A DNA stretch of 64,000 bases, from positions 558,001 through 622,000 of the forward strand of contig NW_025963815.1 of the NCBI RefSeq assembly GCF_023055435.1, given 5' to 3'. The position numbers and the translations under genes are program-made. Under the pieces are notes generated by a model. That model worked only from the letters and a program-made list of their open reading frames with translations. It ran no database searches and had not been told where the DNA came from. Source of the DNA: Haliotis rufescens. Taxonomy: Eukaryota. Below are positions 29,785-42,736 of this stretch, in pieces (the stretch's first letter is position 1; each line of letters opens with the position of its first letter).

Positions 29785-29855
29785 TTGGTATTTCTTTGAA
29801 ATTGTAACGACTTTCTTTTTCTTTTGGAGATCTAATATCATATCATTATTTTCAG

Positions 29856-30329
29856 CCCGAACTATCACGAGACGAAATTGAGGAGGTCACCGAGGTGTTC
29901 GACCTTTTCGATTTCTGGGATGGTCGTGATGGCGCCGTCGACGCTGCCAAGACCGGCGACATGTTGTACTGTCTGGGCCTCAACCCTACAATGAGCACCA
30001 TCATGAAGAACGGCGGTGTTCAAAAGTTCGGAGAGAAGAACTACAAACTGGAGGAGTTCCTGCCCATCTACCAGACCGTCATGCAGATCAAGGACACAGG
30101 CACCTACGCCGACTTCATGGAGGCTTTCAAGACATTCGACAGGGAGGGCCAGGGCTTCATCTCATCTGCTGAGCTGAGGCACGTTCTGACATCTCTGGGA
30201 GACAGATTGTCAGACAACGACGTTGATGAAATCATCAGGTGCACAGACTTGAGAGAGGATCTGGAGGGCAACGTCAAGTACGAGGACTTCATCTCCAGAG
30301 TCATGGCCGGACCCTACCCAGACAAATAA
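29856..30329 (+). CDS. Myosin essential light chain, copy 1 (divergent isoform), main coding exon; predicted join(23100..23102,29856..30329), 158 aa
   Basis: Acceptor ttattttcAG at 29855, then [30 protein letters not shown]...[13 protein letters not shown]...[11 protein letters not shown]...MAGPYPDK*. Matches molluscan (scallop-type) ELC, including the Ca2+-binding DFWDGRDG loop. Confidence 0.96.
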   Translation, partial: PELSRDEIEEVTEVFDLFDFWDGRDGAVDAAKTGDMLYCLGLNPTMSTIMKNGGVQKFGEKNYKLEEFLPIYQTVMQIKDTGTYADFMEAFKTFDREGQGFISSAELRHVLTSLGDRLSDNDVDEIIRCTDLREDLEGNVKYEDFISRVMAGPYPDK

Positions 30330-31152
30330 ACGCACACATAAAAATAAATCTCCAAACAACGTCTCACAATTTTCATGACTTCCACGTTGGTCTGTTGTAC
30401 AAGGTCAACCAAAGACGTTTCCTTCATCTAAACATTATCAAAAGCTCTGACCCAAGAGCAAAGATTAACCTCCACTCTGTGGCCCGCTTCTGTGCAATGT
30501 CCCTGAGAAGGTCATGTCTTGGACTGAAATTGTGAAACCAATGGCATTTCGTGACACAGGCAATGCTCTTCTGTTCAACCAAACAGCAACGCCGTCTTTC
30601 GGCCCTCAGGTTGTGAGACTCGCGCCTCTTGATGTGATCTATGTGTAACTTGATACAGCTCAGTGTATATACCTCCTAATTTATTTACATGGGAAAATGT
30701 ACATATCTAACATGGCGAAGGTTAGGCGTTTTAAACTGTGCAATGAAATTCCCCGATTAAATATTTAGTCACGAACCATTTTTGTTGTGTTGAGCTCCTC
30801 TCTGGAGAATGTGTGGTCCGCTCATTAAGGCTGTGTGATGCATAATAAAGTCGGTTATCACGAACTCATTACGTATTCGTTATATCCGTAATACAGGAAC
30901 TGTTCTTGCTTTGATGGAAGACCTACTGACAGTAACGCATTCAGACTCAAAGGACGAATACGTTTATCGTGAGTGAGTGAGTGAGTGAGTTAGTATGGTT
31001 TAGCAATATTTCAGCAACATCACGCATTGTACCCATGTGGGGATTCGAACCCGGGACATCGGCGTGACAACATAACGATTAGGCGACTGTTGAACACACA
31101 TCTTTATAGAGATCATCATCGTTAATTAGGTAAAGATTGAATACGATACGAT

Positions 31153-33499
31153 TGTCGATACCTCATATCCACGGGTTTCACCAAAGTGATGAACCTTTGT
31201 ATGTCGATACCATATATCCACGGGTTTCACCAAAGTGATGAACCTTTGTATGTCGATACCATATATCCACGGGTTTCACCAAAGTGGTGAACCTTGGTAT
31301 GTCGATACCATATATCCACGGGTTTCACCAAAGTGATGAACCTTGGTATGTCAATACCATATATCCACGGGTTTCACCAAAGTGGTGAACCTTGGTATGT
31401 CGATACCATATATCCACGGGTTTCACCAAAGTGATGAACCTTGGTATGTCGATACCATATATCCACGGGTTTCACCAAAGTGATGAACCTTGGTATGTCG
31501 ATACCATATATCCACGGGTTTCACCAAAGTGATGAACCTTGGTATGTCGATACCATATATCCACGGGTTTCACCAAAGTGATGAACCTTGGTATGTCGAT
31601 ACCATATATCCACGGGTTTCACCAAAGTGGTGAACCTTGGTATGTCGATACCATATATCCGCGGGTTTAACCAAAGTGATGAACCTTGGTATGTCGATAC
31701 CATATATCCACGGGTTTCACCAAAGTGATGAACCTTTGTATGTCGATACCATATATCCACGGGTTTCACCAAAGTGGTGAACCTTGGTATGTCGATACCA
31801 TATATCCACGGGTTTCACCAAAGTGGTGAACCTTGGTATGTCGATACCATATATCCACGGGTTTCACCAAAGTGATGAACCTTGGTATGTCGATACCATA
31901 TATCCACGGGTTTCACCAAAGTGGTGAACCTTGGTATGTCGATACCATATATCCGCGGGTTTAACCAAAGTGATGAACCTTGGTATGTCGATACCATATA
32001 TCCACGGGTTTCACCAAAGTGATGAACCTTGGTATGTCGATACCATATATCCACGGGTTTCACCAAAGTGGTGAACCTTGGTATGTCGATACCATATATC
32101 CGCGGGTTTAACCAAAGTGATGAACCTTGGTATGTCGATACCATATATCCACGGGTTTCACCAAAGTGATGAACCTTGGTATGTCGATACCTCATATCCA
32201 CAGGTTTCACCAAAGTGATGAACCTTGGTATGTCAATACCTCATATCCACGGGTTTCACCAAAGTGATGAACCTTGGTATGTCAATACCTCATATCCACG
32301 GGTTTCACCAAAGTGATGAACCTCTGTATGTCGATACCATATATCCGCGGGTTTCACCAAAGTGATGAACCTTGGTATGTCGATACCATATATCCACGGG
32401 TTTCACCAAAGTGGTGAACCTTGGTATGTCGATACCATATATCCACGGGTTTCACCAAAGTGGTGAACCTTGGTATGTCGATACCATATATCCACGGGTT
32501 TCACCAAAGTGGTGAACCTTGGTATGTCGATACCATATATCCACGGGTTTCACCAAAGTGGTGAACCTTGGTATGTCGATACCATATATCCGCGGGTTTC
32601 ACCAAAGTGATGAACCTTGGTATGTCGATACCATATATCCGCGGGTTTCACCAAAGTGATGAACCTTGGTATGTCGATACCATATATCCGCGGGTTTCAC
32701 CAAAGTGATGAACCTTGGTATGTCGATACCAGATATCCGCGGGTTTAACCAAAGTGATGAACCTTGGTATGTCGATACCAGATATCCGCGGGTTTAACCA
32801 AAGTGATGAACCTTGGTATGTCGATACCAGATATCCGCGGGTTTAACCAAAGTGATGAACCTTGGTATGTCGATACCAGATATCCGCGGGTTTCACCAAA
32901 GTGATGAACCTTGGTATGTCGATACCAGATATCCGCGGGTTTCACCAAAGTGATGAACCTTGGTATGTCGATACCATATATCCGCGGGTTTCACCAAAGT
33001 GGGGAACCTTGGTATGTCGATACCATATATCCGCGGGTTTCACCAAAGTGGGGAACCTTGGTATGTCGATACCATATATCCGCGGGTTTCACCAAAGTGG
33101 TGAACCTTGGTATGTCGATACCATATATCCGCGGGTTTCACCAAAGTGGGGAACCTTGGTATGTCGATACCATATATCCGCGGGTTTCACCAAAGTGATG
33201 AACCTTGGTATGTCGATACCATATATCCACGGGTTTCACCAAAGTGATGAACCTTGGTATGTCGATACCATATATCCACGGGTTTCACCAAAGTGATGAA
33301 CCTTGGTATGTCGATACCATATATCCGCGGGTTTAACCAAAGTGATGAACCTTGGTATGTCGATACCATATATCCGCGGGTTTCACCAAAGTGATGAACC
33401 TTGGTATGTCGATACCATATATCCGCGGGTTTCACCAATGTGATGAACCTTGGTATGTCGATACCAGATATCCGCGGGTTTAACCAAAGTGGTGAACCT
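31153..33499. repeat. 49-bp satellite (GTCGATACCATATATCCACGGGTTTCACCAAAGTGATGAACCTTGGTAT)n, ~48 units, SINE-derived
   Basis: Read directly; the unit resembles the interior of SINE family D. Confidence 0.96.
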
Positions 33500-34945
33500 G
33501 TAAGACATGCGGCATTATACGTCTTCTGTGATATACACATATAACTGTCCCAAGACGTCAAACCCACCCACTTCATCCTCGACACTTAGTTAAGTACCAC
33601 TGTCCTTATTGCTATTTTAAAGCAAACCCTGGTGGCCAAACCACAACGCGTCCCTGACGCTCCAGTAAACCGAGCAAAGGATTCACTGAAAGAAATACAG
33701 CAGGTGTATATATAACGGGGTAGTTAAGGGTATACATGTATAGTGGAACTCAATAAAGTTTTTTTAATTTGATATAATCCATAAATTTGTGTCCGCGAAG
33801 TCGATTCATTGAATCGTAAGGGAGCCAACGTGACCTTGAGTTACTTTTGGATTACGATTGGGTAATATATATGGTATGGGTCTGAACGAGATACACACTT
33901 ATGAATCCTTGGTTTATGAAACAAAAATTTCGTTCAACACACGTCGTAAGTTGTCATACAGACCCTGAAACAAATATATCCAATACAACCCATGCAAGTC
34001 TATAATAGTTGGCAAGTCAAGATTACTGCATAAATGAAGTTTCTGGGCTCCCCTTTACTTTATTGTATTAAAATAATTTAACAACGTTACTTTTCTGTAA
34101 ATTATTTTCAATTCAATACACACGTCGGTACCATTTTTGAAGCACGTACCTTGTGTTCGATATTGTTGAAATGTTGTTAAAAGAGGCGTAAAATCCCACC
34201 CCCTCACTACATACCACATATGATGTTCACAGCAAGAAAAACTCTTCACAACTGCACGATGAATACTTGCACAAATCTCTAAGGCAATAATTATTAGTTT
34301 AAATCATAATCTCTAGATTATTTAAATGATAAGAATAAGTTGTCTTTATAAAAGACTGGCGTCTTTAAACTCTTACCATCTTGACTTGCCTGTTATAAGG
34401 ATAGAATTAAGTATACATCCATGGTCGTAGCATTGAGTACAGCCTTGGAGCAAGGCTAGGTCGGCCTACCGAAAGTGGGGTTTTATTTTAGTTAAATTAC
34501 TTTGTTGTCATGGGATGCACCGTGAACACTTTGTTTGTTTGTTTGTTTGTTTGTTATCGTCTCACTCAGCAATATTCCAGCTATATGACGACGGTCTGTA
34601 AATAATCGAATCTGACAAGGCAATCCAGAGATTGACATAATGAGCATCTATCTACGCAATTGGGATACGATGACATGCAATCGATCTTAAGTCAGCGAGC
34701 CTGACCACCCGATCCCGTTAGTCGACAAGCATGGGTTGCTGAAGTCCAATGGTAACCCGGATGTTCACGGATAACCTCGCTTTGGACGGTATTTTAGTTA
34801 CGTCACTGCCTGTCAGCCTCATGTGGGAGGAAAGCCGGAAGTGATGCAGGCTGGTGAACAAATACCGCCACACCGTGCCATCGTGACATTGATGTAGGTT
34901 CTATGTATTTCACTTGTTTCTATCCATAACGATCAGATCCAAACA

Positions 34946-35111
34946 GGGGCGGTCGGGTAGCCTAGTGGTTTAAGCGTTCGCTCGTCACGCCGAAGACCCG
35001 GGTTCGATTCCCGACATGGGTACAATGTGTGAAGCCCATTTCTGGTGTCCCCCGCCGTGATATTGCTGGAATAGTGCTAAAAGCGGCGTAAAACCATACT
35101 CACTCACTCAC
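34946..35111 (+). mobile_element. Short tRNA(Asp-like)-headed SINE family C, full length. Other copies at ~13704-13813(+), 13988-14127(-), 20349-20486(+), 22144-22260(+), 30970-31070(-), 41374-41520(-), 52909-53073(-), 53379-53527(+)
   Basis: A-box TAGCCTAGTGG, GTC anticodon-like loop, B-box GGTTCGATTCC, (CACT)n tail, TSD TCAGATCCAAACA at 34933-34945 and 35112-35124. Confidence 0.9.
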
Positions 35112-35232
35112 TCAGATCCAAACAACCGAAACATGTGAAATATACTCCAACACGCTGGACCACAGAGTCAACTGAACAACGAACCACGTACACCTAAGAC
35201 ACCTAAACCATTTGATACCTTCTCTGACGAAA

Positions 35233-35858
35233 GACACACCTCACACACACCCGCCACATAACCTTCACTGCGCATGCACGACACACATCACGTACGACTC
35301 TCACGATGACACCTACACACATGCCGTCCCATACTTCACTTTACTTCACTTCTTTGACAGCAGGAGACACACCTCCCACACCCCCGCCACATAACCTTCA
35401 CTACACTACACACATCATGTACGACTCTCACGATGACACCTACACACATGCCGTCCCATACTTCACTTTACTTCACTTCTTTGACAGCAGGAGACACACC
35501 TCCCACACCCCCGCCACATAACCTTCACCACACTACACACATCATGTACGACTCTCACGATGACACCTACACACATGCCGTCCCATACTTCACTTCTTTG
35601 ACAGCAGGAGACACACCTCCCACACCCCCGCCACATAACCTTCACTACACTACACACATCATGTACGACTCTCACGATGACACCTACATACATGCCGTCC
35701 CATACTTCACTTCTTTGACAGCAGGAGACACACCTCCCACACCCCCGCCACATAACCTTCACTACACTACACACATCATGTACGACTCTCACGATGACAC
35801 CTACACACATGCCGTCCCATACTTCACTTTACTTCACTTCTTTGACAGCAGGAGACAC
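35233..35858. repeat. 117/127-bp tandem repeat, ~5 units
   Basis: Unit GACACACCTCCCACACCCCCGCCACATAACCTTCAC...TTTGACAGCAGGA. Confidence 0.93.
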
Positions 35859-36264
35859 GGAACCAGTGAAGACTTAGTGAAGGAAATACGCATCCTTCAA
35901 TGCAAACAGTCAGACAACTGATTCCCGTCTATAGGCTACTATATATTTTACCTATAGTCCAACGAGTTAAACTAACAGGAAGGAGATGAATGGTGATAGC
36001 CCAAGCTGAGTACACCTTGAATATAGACTTGCACAAGTCTCTAAGGCAAAAAGTATTAGTTTAAGGTATAATTTCTAAATTATGTAAATAATAAGAACTA
36101 GTTAAGGAATACGAAAAAAATAATTGACCCTTGTATGTACGTACAGGTTCGTATTCCTGGGCTTGAAGCACCGACTCGGGACATGGCCGACCGAGACATA
36201 GTTGTGTTGTTTATGGCCGATGAATCAGGGCGTAGATCGAGCTCATTACTCGGGCCGCCTCATT

Positions 36265-36295
<31 letters not shown>

Positions 36296-38794
36296 CCATA
36301 CACGTTTGTATAACATATGTGTGTTTCATTACTAACTTGCCACAGGGGCCTGGGTCTAAACAGGCCCATCTGGCCCTACGGGGTCCCTCGGTGCGGTGAT
36401 TTATGAATTGACTTGATTAAATGTTGCGTTTATGGAGGCATAAAAATATAACCAGGTGTGCGAACTGTAAAATCCTGGAAACGCGTGCAGCCGGATGTTG
36501 CGTTTATAAACTTTATGAACTTTATAAACATCTTGAAGTAAATTCTTATATAACTACGTCAATAACTATAGCTTCACAGACTGTTTATTTAATCATTAAC
36601 GCACACACAAAATGGAAAACAAAACGAAATCAGTGATTTCGTTCAGCACAATAATGCAAGACAAGTCCTGCCCATTTTATTATCAGCCAATCAGGGAACA
36701 GTCGCCCGTTTGGGGGCGCGGCCTAATGTTTATGTTTTTTTATGTTGATGCAATAAAAAATGCTTGGTTAGCCAATCAAATGCCGATTCATATTTTTAGC
36801 TCATATTGTAAGAAAAAGGTTCCTCTGTGTCATTATGTGCAATAGATCAACTCAATTTGTAGCCTGTTACTTCAGGACATTATGGTACGGGGGTGTAATA
36901 TCTTCATTTATCATTTAACTTAAGCATTTATCCATGACATAAGCTTATGACATAAAAACATGTATGTCATACCCCAATGACATAAGTATGCAAATTAGAT
37001 ATGCAAATTAGATAACCGGAAGAGCGAGCGGTTTGATTTGAAACTATATATTATAAGTGAAGTTACACCAGAGATATAATCAGATTACACAGAATCGTTG
37101 TTGTAACCGTTATTAAAGTTTCAATTATTCTGCAAAAGTCTGTTCAAGTATTTTGTTTAAAATAATCCGAGGAACTTTTTTTCTCAGCGAATTGTTTACT
37201 TTGGTTTCGCCAAAGGCTCGGCAAATACCGATTAACTAAGACTCGGTTGATATTTCCCATATTAAAAAACACTCGTGATGAAGAGAGTCAAACCTCAAGC
37301 CATATCATCAACAGAGCAAGAGTGAACCATACAAACTGCGGTAATCAGTTACAGCGAGTTATATTCACACAAGAAAAGATTTGTTTGTTGTTTAACGCCG
37401 CACTCAGCAATATTCCAGCTATATGACGGCGGTCTGTAAATAATCCAGTCTGGACCACACATTCCAGTGATTGACATTATGGGCATCGATTCACGCAATT
37501 GTGATACGATGACATGCATCAACCGAGTCAGCGAGCCTGACAACCCGATCCTGTTAGCCGCCTCTAAACGAAAAGAATAGTCGCCTTTTACGGCAAGCAT
37601 GGGTTGCTGAAGACCTATTCTCCCCCGAATCTTCACAGGTCTTTAATATACCACCCGATCCCGTTAGTTGTCTTTTCCGACAAGCATGGGTTGCTGAAGA
37701 CCAATTCTAACCCGGATATTCATGAGGGCATAATGATGGTATTTATGAATAGGTTTATATGTCGTACTCTCAAAATACATAATATTTATACATATTAAAT
37801 ATGAGAATAAAATATCGCTTCAACAGACCTCTAATAGATCGATGTGTGCCGACACGAATGTTGACACAGTGCCCTTGACATACAAATAACAGAGAAAGTC
37901 GATCAATGTTACCGTTAATTCTGAGACAGTATATTATTGTATTTTCATCTGATTGTTTTTCCTTGTTTATAGTGTCATTAATGTTTATTCGCATATGATA
38001 AAAGACAAATTAGATCTCTTATCGGCAAAATCTACAGGTCGCGAGTTTCAGATTTGTGATGCATGTATACAGTGTAAGAAATACCGTGATAGTTATCGTC
38101 TCGCCAGGTAAGGGCACCCAAAACTAACTATATTCTTATAATTTTCATATATTTACTCAATCCATCATTTAAACATGTATCATAGCGAATGTTTAACCGA
38201 TAAAAACATCCGCAATAGCATTTTTTTAATATGACGGCAAGGGAACAGCGGAGATGAAACGGGTTCACAAATGGTCTAAATAAAATCCAGTGTCGACTCC
38301 CTCTAAGGAAGGTCACTCATGCATATCAATAGGATACTTACCTCATCATCCATCATCTCCCCAGAGTATATGCTTCCATATACCACATCGCTTGACCGTG
38401 ACATCTCCCACGCACGTGCATCCCGTGTAGGTCGATTCGGTTACCTTGGTGACCAGTTCCCTGTAAGGAAGTCCTATTGACTGCATGTAAAACCTTCATC
38501 ACATATTGACACATAAAACGCCAGAAATTAATTAATGTCACAAATATCTGGAGAAATTAGTGGAGACAATTATATGAATGGATCACTGAAAATAAGTTAT
38601 GACGCCAGGTGTTAGCGAAAAGGGTAATATGTCCTGCTTTACATGTAGAACCCACCACTCACACAATTTGAGGGTAAAGTAGGTGTTTGTTGTCTAACTC
38701 CGCACAGCAATACTCCTGCCATAGATTGCGGTCTGTAAACAATCGAGGCTTACTTATATGTCCAAGCTGACATTGTTTCAGAGGATAGTGCAAG

Positions 38795-39069
38795 TTTGTT
38801 TGTTTTTTTAATTTTGTTATTTAACACCGCACTCGGCTATATTCCAGCTATATGACGGCGGTCTGTAAATAATCGAGTCTGGACCAGACAATCCAGTGAT
38901 TGACATCATGAGCATCGATCCACGCAATTGGGAATCATTGACATGCATCAACCAAGTCCGCGAGCCTGACCACCCGATCCCGTTAGTCGCCTCTTACGAC
39001 AAGCATAGTCGCTTTTTACGGCAAGCATGGGTTGCTGAAGACCTATTCTAACCCGGATCTTCACGGGTT
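38795..39069 (-). mobile_element. SINE-like family A (~260 bp, non-tRNA head), representative copy. Others at ~20-243(-), 2229-2505(-), 14380-14505(+), 16437-16702(-), 21023-21237(-), 27237-27775(+, split), 34531-34771(-), 37380-37720(-), 40580-40940(-), 43811-44056(+), 54699-54880(+), 59146-59372(+)
   Basis: Shared 5' end ACCCGTGAAGATCCGGG, shared body, and tail GCTGGAATATTGCTGAGTGCGGCGTTAAAC(AAAC)n. Confidence 0.88.
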
Positions 39070-40017
39070 CTCAATATTACTGCAGCATCTGGACAGCTGT
39101 ATGATCCATCTCTTGTTATTACTACACATGGTCTTTTGCCACACGTTAACCTCACAGTGACGTAGATGATACCATTGCTTAGTTTGCAAAACCAATAGAG
39201 TCTTCGGATTAACCTCACAAGACATGTTTGAGTGATGGTCATACAAAAACTTAGTCAAAACACATGATTCTTTCCACAATAATTAATAGTAAATAGAATC
39301 GGAAAAACAATTCTATAATCATAAGGAATATTAGATTGCACGATTCCGAGCATGTGTTTATGAATAACTATCAAATAGGGATGATACCTTGTGTTCGCGA
39401 AAAGGCGAATGTATGCTATCACAAACACATACAAATCACAAACACATACAAATCAAAGTCCATTTTAAACCTGAAAAGGTACAGGTCGTTGGGCTTAGAT
39501 CGTTTTGTGGCACCAGGCCCAGATTTCCCATATTAATAATTTAATATGTATCTATTATTTACTTATTTCTCCCATAAAATGGAAAATCCATCTTTACATT
39601 TAACAGCAAGAATTATTTTTTTATTACTCGCTAACTATAAAAAAACCACAATACATCATATGTTAATAATTTTTATTTTCATTGACATTCTGACTTTCCA
39701 GTGTATCAGCGGCTACATACTAACATGGCCAGCTTTAAGTTGAGGAAGGTGGTATAGTTTCTATACAGTTATCTACACTTTGATAAAGATAATTTCATGT
39801 GTATGATATTATAGTACCATAGTTTGAAAATAGGATTTAAATTGGATTTTAAATAATTACTTTTCTTCCGGTATTATGTATGTTTGGTCAACATTGCTTG
39901 GAAGAGGAACTGAAATATGTCATTGATTTGAGCGCCTGTTCGCATTGGCGTCCGGTTTCTGGTCCAGTTGTAAGTGTCTTTCATTTTAAGTGTTTATCAG
40001 CATTGGGAGAACATTGT

Positions 40018-40491
40018 CTATTTATCTGGGTAGGGTCCGGCCATGACCTTGGAGATGAAGTCCTCGTACTTGACGTTGCCCTCCAGATCCTCTCTCAAGT
40101 CTGTGCACTTGATGATGTCGTCCATCTGGGTGTCGGTCAGTCTGTCTCCCAGAGATGTCAGAACGTGCCTCAGCTCAGCAGATGAGATGAAGCCTTGGCC
40201 CTCCCTGTCGAATGTCTTGAAAGCCTCCATGAAGTCGGCGTAGGTGCCTGTGTCCTTGATCTGCATGACGGTCTGGTAGATGGGCAGGAACTCCTCCAGT
40301 TTGTAGTTCTTCTCTCCAAACTTCTCCACACCTCCGTTCTTCATGATGGTGGTCATGGTAGGGTTGAGGCCCAGACAGTACAACATGTCGCCGGTCTTGG
40401 CAGCGTCGACGGCGCCATCACGACCATCCCAGAAATCGAAAAGGTCGAACACCTCGGTGACCTCCTCAATTTCATCCTTTGATAGCTGAGG
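40018..40491 (-). CDS. Myosin essential light chain, copy 2, main coding exon; complement(join(40018..40491,42737..42739))
   Basis: Acceptor tttgtgtttcAG, then [11 protein letters not shown]...GPYPDK*; intact 474-bp exon. Confidence 0.96.
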   Translation of the reverse strand, partial: PQLSKDEIEEVTEVFDLFDFWDGRDGAVDAAKTGDMLYCLGLNPTMTTIMKNGGVEKFGEKNYKLEEFLPIYQTVMQIKDTGTYADFMEAFKTFDREGQGFISSAELRHVLTSLGDRLTDTQMDDIIKCTDLREDLEGNVKYEDFISKVMAGPYPDK

Positions 40492-42736
40492 CTGAAACAC
40501 AAATGTATTCAGTAAGAGTGTATCAACACTCAGTCAACAACAAATCACAAAGATGATACATATCATCATGTTCGATCTTGTTTGTTTGTTTGTATATTTC
40601 CTGTTTAACGCCGCACGATCCCAGCAATATCACAGCTATATGATGGCGGTTTGTAAACAATCGAGTATGGACAAGATAATCCAGTGATTAACATCATGAG
40701 CATCGATCTACGCAAAACGGATACGATGACATGCATCAACCAAGTCAGCGAGCCTGACCACCCGATCCCGCAAGTCGCTTCTTACGACAAGCATAGTCGC
40801 CTTTTACGGCATGGGTTGCTGAAGACCTGTTATACCCCGGATCTTCACAGATCTTTAATATACCACCCGATCCCGTTAGTTGTCTTTTCCGACAAGCATG
40901 GGTTGCTGAAGACCAATTCTAACCCGGATATTCATGAGGGCATAATGATGGTATTTATGAATAGGTTTATATGTCGTACTCTCAAAATACATAATATTTA
41001 ACCATATTAAATATAAGAATATGATATCGCTTCAACAGACCTCTAATAGATCGATGTGTGCCGAAACGAATGTTGACACAGTGCCCTTGACACTGGTGGA
41101 CGCTGGTGTAGTTATGTATAATATGTTTTGCCGATCTTCATAAAGTAATTATTTATCATCTACATTTGAATTAGTTGCGCAATCGGACTTATGTCTGTGA
41201 AAAACACGTGATAGTAAACTGCCTGGCAAACGAAAGACATACACCTATGTTTGATGGTGGCTAAAGCTGAAACATTCAAGAAATGGTTATTCGATGGTGA
41301 CGTATTTGATACGGGTATCACAGCTGTGTTTCGCACCTACGTTTGCAGTGTTTCGGCGACCGTTTTCAGCATGGTGAGTGAGTGAGTAAGTAAGTATGGT
41401 TTTACGCCGCTTTGAGCAGTATTCAGCAATATCACAGCGGAGGACACCAGAAATGGGCTTCACACACATTGTACCCAATGGAACCCGGGTCTTCGGCGTG
41501 ACGAGAGAACGCTTTACCCCATCGACCTTTTCATCTCGAAACATTCTGATATGTTTTGTAATGTTTTAGTCAAATCCAATTATCAAGCGTATACTTCAAA
41601 GTTTATTTCAGAAGAAAGGCCATTGGCCCAGGGGGGGGTAAATATAAAAAAACAATTTTGAAACAGATGTGCGTTTTGTCTAACAAATAGAGAGTTGTAT
41701 ATAAACTTTGCACAATTAATCAACATCAATTGCTTATTGCATGACACTAGAGAGTACATTTTTCTTAAACATGGGTTATGACAATACTATTTTAGGAAAT
41801 ATATGTTTCTTAAATGCTTATAATATGGACATACTAACATGAAATGGAACTCATCTTCAACAGCTGGCACGTCACAATAATTACAAAGTCTTTGAGAATA
41901 TTCCACACCACAGCATTAGTGACAATCGCTGTGACAATCAGCCTTGTCAATCGCTGAAGCATATACCAGTGACTGAATGAGTGTAGGCTACCGGCGGGTG
42001 GTTCGATTGATGGTCTACAGAATACACTGTGGCCAAACAGCGATGAAATAGAGGAATACAGAGTGCATATTGTTTTCCATCGCTTTTAGCAATATTTCAG
42101 TAAGATTACAGCTGAGGACACAAGAAGTGGACATCGATTTAACTTTGTCGAGAATGGAACCCGGGTGCTCGGTGCTTTAATGCTAATGCTTTGACCACCA
42201 GGCTACCATCCCTTAAGTGAATACTGAGGGCCAATACACGCAGACATTCATTGAAAGAAATTGGATTGTCTGGTCCACACTCGATTATTTACAGACCGCC
42301 GTCATATAGAAAGCCATATAAACAACAAACAAACAAACATTAATACTGTTAGATGAACGGTCATGTTTTCCCTTTGTCTCATATATATGCTAGCCTTGCT
42401 CCAAGGCTGTACTGAAAGAAAGGTCAATGGATGTGTAGTAATTCTATCCTTCTTATAGACAAGTCTAGATATGTGGACAGTATAACTTGTTCTTATTATT
42501 TACATTTGCTAGAAATTATGATTTAAACTAATAAGTATTGACTTCGAGACTTGTGCAAGTCTTCCTCTATGACTACAGTCTACACTTCTCCTGCGGCACG
42601 ATTGACATACATGTATTTTCTTCAATCAATCTAGATAACCAACAGCAAGTCTATCCAGCTGTGTTCCCCCAAAGCATTATACATTTAGAGGTCAAGTGTG
42701 TATTTTGTAAGTTGGAACAGTAAGTAGTAAACTTAC

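Noticed and set aside
28691-29881. 396-aa SVGSVNSVR ORF as an N-terminal extension of ELC or an antifreeze/shell-like protein
   Set aside because: It is a 27-bp intronic minisatellite open in several frames on both strands, out of frame with ELC, and a canonical acceptor lies at 29855.
30104-30304. Conserved 66-aa antisense ORF (MTLEMKSS...) in all five copies
   Set aside because: It is a shadow of the near-identical ELC coding strand.
31153-33499. CRISPR-like regular array
   Set aside because: There are no unique spacers or cas genes; it is a eukaryotic head-to-tail satellite.
34946-35020. tRNA genes at SINE heads
   Set aside because: They lack a proper acceptor stem and continue into a SINE body with tail and TSD.
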